Shown: positions 55,781 through 64,000 of the stretch, one piece after another | Numbering within the stretch: the first letter of the stretch is position 1 | Layout of the letters: every line of letters starts with the position of its first letter | Origin: the human T2T-CHM13v2.0 reference genome, Homo sapiens | Assembly: GCF_009914755.1 (NCBI RefSeq) | Contig: NC_060928.1 | Direction: 5' to 3' (one strand) | Length of the DNA: 64,000 nucleotides | Notes under the pieces: generated by a model | Told to the model about the DNA's origin: nothing | Databases searched by the model: none | Seen by the model: the letters and a program-made list of their open reading frames with translations, nothing else | Program-made: the position numbers and the translations under genes

Positions 55781-58119
55781 AGACTTTTTAGTTTCATCCT
55801 CCACATCTCCTAATCTTTTTGTATTGTCCCTCTATTTATTACTCCATGATGAATTCTATATAATTTCTTCAAAGGCAATAGAGCAGAGTGTGTGAGAGCA
55901 AAGATTACAGAGACAGTCAATTTATCACTAACAAACTCCAGGCAGCCAGGACATATGAATGAACACAATAATAATAACAACAAGCAATAATTTAAAATAA
56001 TGTTATCACAAGTATTATATAACACTTAGTTGTATACTTAGTAAGCACTCAATAAACTATAGCTATTATCTATCTTCCAGGTCACCAGTTTCCTATTCAC
56101 CAGTTTCTAATCAGCTTACTTGTCAATCAAGTTTGTAATTTCAATGGCCATTTTTTATATCTAAGATGTATATTTAGTTCTTTTTCAAATATCCCTAATC
56201 CCTTGCAGTTATGTATTTAATTTATTTGCCTCTTTTTTCTTATAGGTTTAATTTTATATTATGTTTATAGTAATTTTAAATAGAAATCTTCATGTTTACC
56301 AGTTTGCTTTATTGCTTAAAGTTTTGAAGTTCTATTAATCTTGCTTGACTGTCTCTTATAGGACATATTCTTTTGAGCATTTTGCAAACTTTGATTGTGA
56401 GCTTGCTTTCCAAGGGCTTTATCAATAAGGATCCTGTGTGGCCAGAGAGATTTTGCATTTGCTTCTTCCTAGTATCCTGCACCTACCACTGCCTTCTGGG
56501 CCAACACCTCTTTTAATTTCTCAGTCTAGGGTTTTCAGAACCATTTGATTGATACAAACTGAACCAGAAACCCAGCAGATGCAGAACCATTGTTCTGACT
56601 TCTCAAGATATGTTTACCTACCCCAGATCCAGGAGGACCTACTGGCTTCCTCATTATTCCCATGTGCAATTTAGGCAGACTTTCTCTGTGCATGCTGTTA
56701 ATATGAATGCAATCTCTGAGATTTTCAGCACTACATGGAAGTTCCAGTACTAAATCCTTGCTCAGGTCATAAAGAACAATAATTAAGACCTCCATGCAGC
56801 CCTGATGCCAACTCATCTTCTTACAATCTGCATTTAAGTTCCAGTGTTATTTCTTTTGCTTGGAGATTTCCTTTTCTTCCTTGTGAGAATGTTTCTTAAA
56901 CTTTATCCCACATTTCTTACAAAGGCAGTGTTCATTTTTGGAGATTGGTTCAAGGGATAGAGTCACTCTTCTCTATTCCACTATGTTACCAAAGCCAGAA
57001 ATACTCTGAATAGATTTTCGAGCCTGAGATTCTATGTCAAGATTAGATAAGAAGATGGGTCATGACTGTACCCGAGGTACACATATATGCATGTCACTTG
57101 ATCCACTTAATTGGAGAACAATTTATAGTTTGTATGTACTTTTAGGCCAAGGTAAAAATGTCCAGGAAAGTCAAAGATATAATGCCATAATAATATTATC
57201 ATTTGACTATTGAATCCTTTTTGTTTTATTCTTGCAAGAAAGCATTTCTGTATTCTAGTGCATAGCTTTTCATTATGCTAAAAGACTACGATAGATAAAA
57301 CAGAAACATATTCACAGCAAAATAGCTAAAGTAGTCCGACAGTTTTAGTTTCTAGATAATAGTCCTGACTCTGACCTGTATTCTTATTTCAAAGTAGTTT
57401 GTGACATATTATGACTCTGCAAAGTTACTAAGTTTCACAAATTTGATTAAGCTGCAAAAAAGGAGCTGAAACTACTCTAATTGAATTTGGCTTTATCAAT
57501 TATTTTTGGAACTCTATGCTTACTTATATTGAGTTCTCAATTCAAATAGCAGAGATAATTTTGCACCAAAGAGAAATTGTCTTGGACTTAGCATTAAGAA
57601 GACCCATGTAATTTGCTATGCTACTTGCCTATTGAGAAAAGCAAAAATGTGCTAGCTGAGCAACAAAAATTGTTACAGCACTGTCAGTTTCATTTTAATA
57701 TGGTTAATGTTTAAGTGCAAACATACAGAAATCAGGCAAGAATGTGATTTACCTTGCTCTAAGTGAAATATTTGTTTTGAGCATCCATATTGTGTTTGAT
57801 AAGATTATATCTATTTAGCTCTATTGAATAGCGGCAACTTTGATGTTATGAATGTGTTCAATGTAATTCAAATTATCATGCAGGCAAATACATTTGAAAG
57901 AATAGCATTAATTCTGTATGGCACTAAATTATTGTTACACTTGTTTGCAATATGTACCTTTGCTGAATTCACAGGACTGTAAGTAACAAAACTATTTCAT
58001 CAACAAAGTGTGAAGCAACAAATTTAAAGATATGAATGTGGAAAATTTTATATTACACCACCAAATTACTTTGAGAAGAGAAATAAAAAGAAATATAATT
58101 TGCGACAGTCCAAGCATAC

Positions 58120-58170
58120 CTGAATGCTGTTTATATTGTTCCGTGTGTAATAAGTTCTTTTCAGCTCTAA
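58120..58170 (-). other. Candidate short exon (51 nt)
   Basis: gtttttctcag acceptor and CAG|gtatgc donor. Length divisible by 3 with two open frames. Confidence 0.25.
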
Positions 58171-59482
58171 CTGAGAAAAACCTATTGTTTTCATGGCTCA
58201 GTTTTCTGACAAATCTGTAATGACTTTGAAGGTTTATCTAAACATTCCTAAATAATTTTCAAGTCATTTATATTCTTGTGCTACTAAAGATAGTCCCATT
58301 AGTATAGTGACTTTATCACAATGGTGGCAACCCAGTGGCAGCTTGGAAATAGCAATTATACATACTTGGTTTCCAGGCTCTAGATCATCTCACTGAGTCA
58401 TGTGGCTTTACCAACAATACATAATGGATAGACCATATCCTCTCATGTCACATGTTTTGCACATGTATATTTTTGTGATACTTACTTTCAGTATTTTGCT
58501 CAGGTTCTATTCATTTCTTTGAATAAGTTAGAGGAAAAACTGTAATTTAAAACAGATGAAAATGTCAAGCAAAAATATTGCTCAATTAAAAGCGGATAAA
58601 TAACATTCTTCAAGGAGTAGGGCTTTTGTGTATGTGTGGGGTGGATATTTACAACATATACAAATACTAAGTTAACTTTCCTGTTCATATTTTGTTCTTA
58701 CTACGCTATATAACTTTTTGCTTAAAAAAAGGCCTAACTTAAAAATAAAATAAGAAAAGTATTTAATTAAATGCTTTGATTTCTTGGTAAGGAAATAATT
58801 ATTTGCATTTGCAGGTAGTACAACTTCTCTATTTATCCGTTACTTTTCAAATGATTCTTTAAAGCTGAACAGCACTGATTTTTCTTTTGCATTGCTTTTC
58901 AATATTGTCAGAAACATTTCTATAATGAAGAGAAAATTACTTCAGTAAAATTTATATCTTTATTACATTTCATATACAGTTCACTTTAATAAATAACTAT
59001 TTAACTATTAGTTTCAAAGACTTTTAGCTCAGCAACAGTTCTTTTCTCATTATAGCTGCTATATAACTGCATCATTGTAGCTAACGCTTTTTGCTTCACC
59101 ATTATTCCTCTTTAAAAACTATTTTCCTTTCAGATAAACTCTAACAATTGCTGCAATAAATTCTAACCCAAGAAAACAGTCATTCACAGGTGGAGATAGT
59201 ATTTCATCTACATTGTAAATGTCATATGCTATAGTATCTAAGGTCAACCATTCTATGGACACTGAAATAACAGCTATATTTGCTTTCATCTGCTCATATC
59301 AAATTCAAATTCAACAATACATAAAATCAGACTTTTTTATAAAATAGAAACTTTGGATGAATAACTAGTTTGAATAATGAAAAATTGCAAAATTAATTTC
59401 TGCTGTGCTATCTGTGAGAGCTACAGGTCTTCAGAACTCTGGAATGCATTTATTTGATCTAACACTATTAGTTTGAAGACTC

Positions 59483-60090
59483 TGGCACCAGGCCAGAATC
59501 CTCTGTGTGATCCAGAGGCAATCTCAGGGCTGTGCCCGGTAGGCCTCGGGGGAAAACTGCCTTGTCCACACCAGACTTGGTGCACGGCCAGTCATTACTG
59601 TTTTCTGTAGAGAGTCGCAGTCAACAATTCAGGGTACCTCAGGCTGAGCATTCCCACGAGTATCCCTAGCCCAGGTGCCGCCATTTGGAGGCCTCTTTAT
59701 TAGAGGGACTCAGCTGAGGTACTCTTCAGGAGACTCTGCCAAGACCTTCTTAGTGGAGGATTCCAACTAAGCCACTTTTCTCCACTCTGACTCAGTACTT
59801 TTTACACTTAGTTCTCTCCGTTTCTTGCTCTGGAGACCCCTGGGGTTTATAAAAAGGCAGGAGCCTCTTGTTTGTGGCTCCTGGGCAGTTAGACAGTTCC
59901 CTTTGCCTGCCCTGCATGTCATTAGACCTTCACCTGCATATGAAAAAAAAAAAAAAAGGAACCCTGGTGGGCTGGTGCCTCACTCTTACTACAGTAAGTG
60001 AATAAAGGCTTGATTGTTACTTTCAGTTTGGCTTCATGGACTACCTTGACACCCAAGGCCTTGGCATGGTTCATAAATCTGCACTTTTCA
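59483..60090 (+). mobile_element. Old ERV LTR (subfamily unresolved)
   Basis: GC-richer block with a TATA-like tataaaaaggcagg (about 59848) followed by gaataaaggcttgattgttac (about 60000), the U3-R-U5 order. Confidence 0.6.
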
Positions 60091-62495
60091 CGTGATAGTT
60101 TCCCTTGAACAACTTTTTTTTTTTGGAAAGCTAATGACCAAGTGTCAATAGATATTTTTGCATACTTAGAGTTTTCTAATGGAGAAAATGTCCTTTTACT
60201 TCAAGGAATACAGAAATTCTGGCCATGTATACCCATACTTATAGACAAAGCAAACAACAATGATAAATGTCAATTGGTCTATCTAAAAATGATAACATAT
60301 AAAATAAAATCACGGAAACCGACTCCATGATGTCACATGATGCTGTTAATGCAGTACTTCCTGTTTTCAAAATTATTGGGATTTTTGGTTTTCATTATTG
60401 TATTTAAAAATATGTAGCTTTGTGTGAAATATGTGGCTTTGTGTAGTAAGAATGTCATATCCACACCCTAACAATTAATAAAATGTAAATGTTAAATCTT
60501 CCTTCTTGACATTTTAGGCATCAAATTAATCTCTAATGAGAAAGAAGTTGTTATTATTCAAGTTACATTTGTAAAGAGACAAATATTATGTGGAGGAAAA
60601 CCAAGTTTCATTGTGTAACAGATGCCTAATTAAGGAGTGGAGGGCTTGAATCAAGTGAGGCATGGAAGTGGGTTATATGGCTTTTACATGCAGAGCACAT
60701 TATTTATCAATGAGGGTAAGAAATGCTGCTTTAAAGGGAAAGTCACCAAAGCTTACTTGAACTTTGAGCTGTTAACTTTTTGTCTTCTTTTTCAATTATT
60801 TAAATGACAGAACATATCAACTTTGCCATTATAGTTTCTGTTAAGCTAAACAATTGATTATTTTTCCCAGTGACAAAAACTCAATGACCATACAACTTGA
60901 TTCCTGTAACGTTATATTTTCAGAAACACACCATGAATTTAGCTAAATTTAACAAAGAATCTGTGAAACACTGATGAAATAATGCAAGTTTTCAGGCACT
61001 GCTAAAAAACACAGATGAACTGAATTAAGAAGATAGCATTGGTAGAAATGAAATGTTCTGTGAAAAAACAGCTGCTTCCTATAATGCATATGTCTAGCAA
61101 ATAATGGATTGTTATATTCTTTTTCCATATTTTTCAAAAACATATTTTAGCTTCTTTAGATTTTTACCATATGCATACTGGGCTGAATATTTTCAACACT
61201 ACTTCTGAGATTTGAACACATGGAATCTTATGCTACAATTATATAATTATAATTACTGTGTATAAAACATGCTCATATGATCAAGCAGAAAATACTCTGG
61301 GAGCAGAAGCAATTGGTTTGCCATTTGGGAGGGTGATAAGTACATTTTAATCTGACATTAGTGGAAGGCTAGGGACTCCTCATATTCACAATAGAAGTTA
61401 AGGCATAAAGAAACTTGTAATTTTAGAGACAGTCACAACTATGGATACCGTAAATATGGATGTCAAATTTGTTGACTGGAATTTCGTCCTGATAAACCAA
61501 AATAAATAAGTAAATATGCAGACTATCTGAAAACTCAATTGTTTTCACTTAAATCCATACATCTATCAATTTATTCTCAATTCTCTCATTTTTCCCTCTT
61601 CACAACTCCATTTTTCAGTCTCTTCCTCTGTTTCATCTTTTGTAATGCAGTCTAACTCCTTGTTAAGTTTTGCTTATGTGTGTTTGCGTGTGATTTTACG
61701 AAAATAATCCTTTGGTAAATTTCTTTAGGGTCAGGGGCTTAAGATAAATTATATTGCCTATATAAATATAAAACTATATTTTAGGAAAATGCCCAACTTT
61801 TGGTAACAGCAGCTTAAAATATAGTATTTCTTTTGAAGTCTCAATTTCGGGAAACAATCTGAACCACTGAACTTATCTTTATCAATTTGTGTCTAGAGAA
61901 ATGATCAACAGTATATCATTAAATGCTAGTGCCCTGTATTGGAATATAGCCCACAGTTTATGAGGTACTTCATTAAATTATGATTATTTCACTTACTAAG
62001 AGTGAGAGCAGTTTAAACTGAAGTGCACCCTTCCACTTCCCTACTTTCCTATCTCTGGAAAGTACCATCCAGACTTGCACAAGCCAGTGTGTTCTGCTAT
62101 TTACTCTTCTTTCCACTCTGGCACTCAAAGCAGAAAATTTGATGCCTGGGCTGGTCCTACAATAATTCTTCCACTCATTGATGTAGTAAAATAGGAGGAA
62201 GATAGGGCAGAAATGGCAACTTTCTCAACTCAGCTGGCGATTGATAGACGCTTCTATTGATTGCCACTGTCTTGGCTAATACTGTCTGGGTATCAATAAC
62301 CTCCATGTAACAGGTATATAATGCTGGCTCTATCATGAGGCATTCCTGTGCCTTGTTTGGAACATCCTGCTATGCTGCCTAGACATTAGAGTTCTACTTC
62401 TAAGGCAGTTGTGAGTGTGGCTGCCTGTGGTTGACCCAGTTCTGCCCTTTCATTAAGCCTTGATCGTTGTCTGGTTCCAATTGTTGGAAGGTGTG

Positions 62496-64000
62496 TTTTT
62501 TGTTTTTTTTATTATACTCTAAGGTCTAGGGTACATGTGCACAATGTGCAGGTTTGTTACATATGTATACATGTGCCATGTTGTTGTGCTGTACCCATTA
62601 ACTCTTCATTTAGGTATATCTCCTAATGCCATCCCTCCCCCCTCCCCCCACCCCATGACAGGCCCCGGTGTGTGATGTTCCCCTTCCTGTGACCAAGTGT
62701 TCTCATTTTTCAATTCCCACCTATGAGTGAGAACGTGCAGTGTTTGGTTTTTTGTCCTTGAGATAGTTTGCTGAGAATGATGGTTTCCAGCTTCATCCAT
62801 GTCCCTACAAAGGACATGAACTCATCCTTTTTTATGGCTGCATAGTATTCCATGGTGTATATGTGCCACATTTTCTTAAACCAGTCTATCATAGATGGAC
62901 ATTTGGGTTGGTTCCAAGTCTTTGCTATTGTGAATAGTGCCGCAATAAACATACGTGTGCATGTGTCTTTATAGCAGCATGATTTATAATCCTTTGGGTA
63001 TATACCCAGTAATGGGATGGCTGGGTCAAATGATATTTCTAGTTCTAGATCCTTGAGGAATCGCCACACTGTCTTCTTCCACAATGGTTGAACTAGTTTA
63101 CCATCCCACCAACAGTGTTAAAGTGTTCCTATTTCTCCACATCCTCTAAGCACCTGTTGTTTCCTGACTTTTTAATGATCACCATTCTAACTGGTGTGAG
63201 ATGCTATCTCATTGTGGTTCTGACTTGCATTTCTCTGACGGCCAGTGATGATGAGCATTTTTTCATGTGTCTGTTGGCTGCATTAATGTCTTCTTTTGAG
63301 AAGTGTCTGTTCATATCCTTCACCCACTTTTTGATGGGGTTGTTTGTTTTTTTCTTGTAAATTTGTTAGAGTTCTTTGTAGATTGTGGATATTAGCCCTT
63401 TGTCAGATGAGTAGATTGCAAAACTTTTCTCCCATTCTGTAGGTTGCCTGTTCACTCTGATGGTAGTTTCTTTTGCTGTGCAGAAGCTCTTTAGTTTAAT
63501 TAGATCCCATTTGTCAATTTTGGCTTTTGTTGCCATTGCTTTTGGTGTTTTAGACATGGAGTCCTTGCCCATGCCTATGTCCTGAATGGTATTGCCTAGG
63601 TTTTCTTCTAGGGTTTTTATGGTTTTAGGTCTGACATTTAAGTCTTTAATCCATCTTGAATTAATTTTTGTATAAGGTGTAAGGAAGGGATCCAGTTTCA
63701 GCTTTCTACATATGGCTAGCCAGTTTTCCCAGCACCATTTATTAAATAGGAAATCCTTTCCCCATTTCTTGTGTTTGTCAGGTCTGCCAAAGATCAGATG
63801 GTTGTAGATGTGTAGTATTATTTCTGAGGGCTCTATTCTGTTCCATTGGTCTCTATCTCTGTTTTGGTACCAGTACCATGCTGTTTTGGTTACTGTAGCC
63901 TTGTAGTATAGTTTGAAGTCAGGTAGCGTGATGCCTCCAGCTTTGTTCTTTTGACTTAAGATTGTCTTGGCAATACGGGCTCCTTTTTGGTTCCATATGA
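62496..64000 (-). mobile_element. L1PA (about PA4-6) 3' portion, continues beyond the window
   Basis: Antisense 3'UTR and frameshifted ORF2 C-terminus (ORFs 62710-63084 and 63366-63572). Confidence 0.97.

Noticed and set aside
60915-61100. Protein-like frame after a + strand acceptor (KHTMNLAKFNKESVKH...)
   Set aside because: Three in-frame stops and no recognisable homology; not distinguishable from A-rich background.

Overview
This is AT-rich, repeat-dense, non-coding primate DNA, almost certainly human: one Alu carries all five AluYa5 diagnostic changes. It reads as intergenic sequence or a very long intron. There is no prokaryotic content, CRISPR array or RNA gene, and no protein-coding gene I can name. 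Most long ORFs in the track come from Alu, L1, LTR12, hAT-transposon or microsatellite sequence. Recognisable content: a CpG-rich solo LTR12 (ERV9) with a 4-bp target-site duplication (TSD), 12 Alus, four L1PA 3' fragments plus older L1M/L1PB pieces, MaLR LTRs (MLT1, MST, THE1), a MER50-like LTR nested in an MLT1, and Charlie1a, MER44, MER91, MIR and L2 fossils. I found no new biological system. The best leads are an AluYa5 with no TSD, an L1 with a short 3' transduction, an L1-tail-derived (AAGGG/AAAGG)37 repeat using the RFC1/CANVAS motifs, a candidate recursive splice site, several templated-insertion scars, a CTCF motif and scattered candidate exons. Subfamily names come from remembered consensus sequences and need RepeatMasker/Dfam confirmation. 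Exon calls are speculative.
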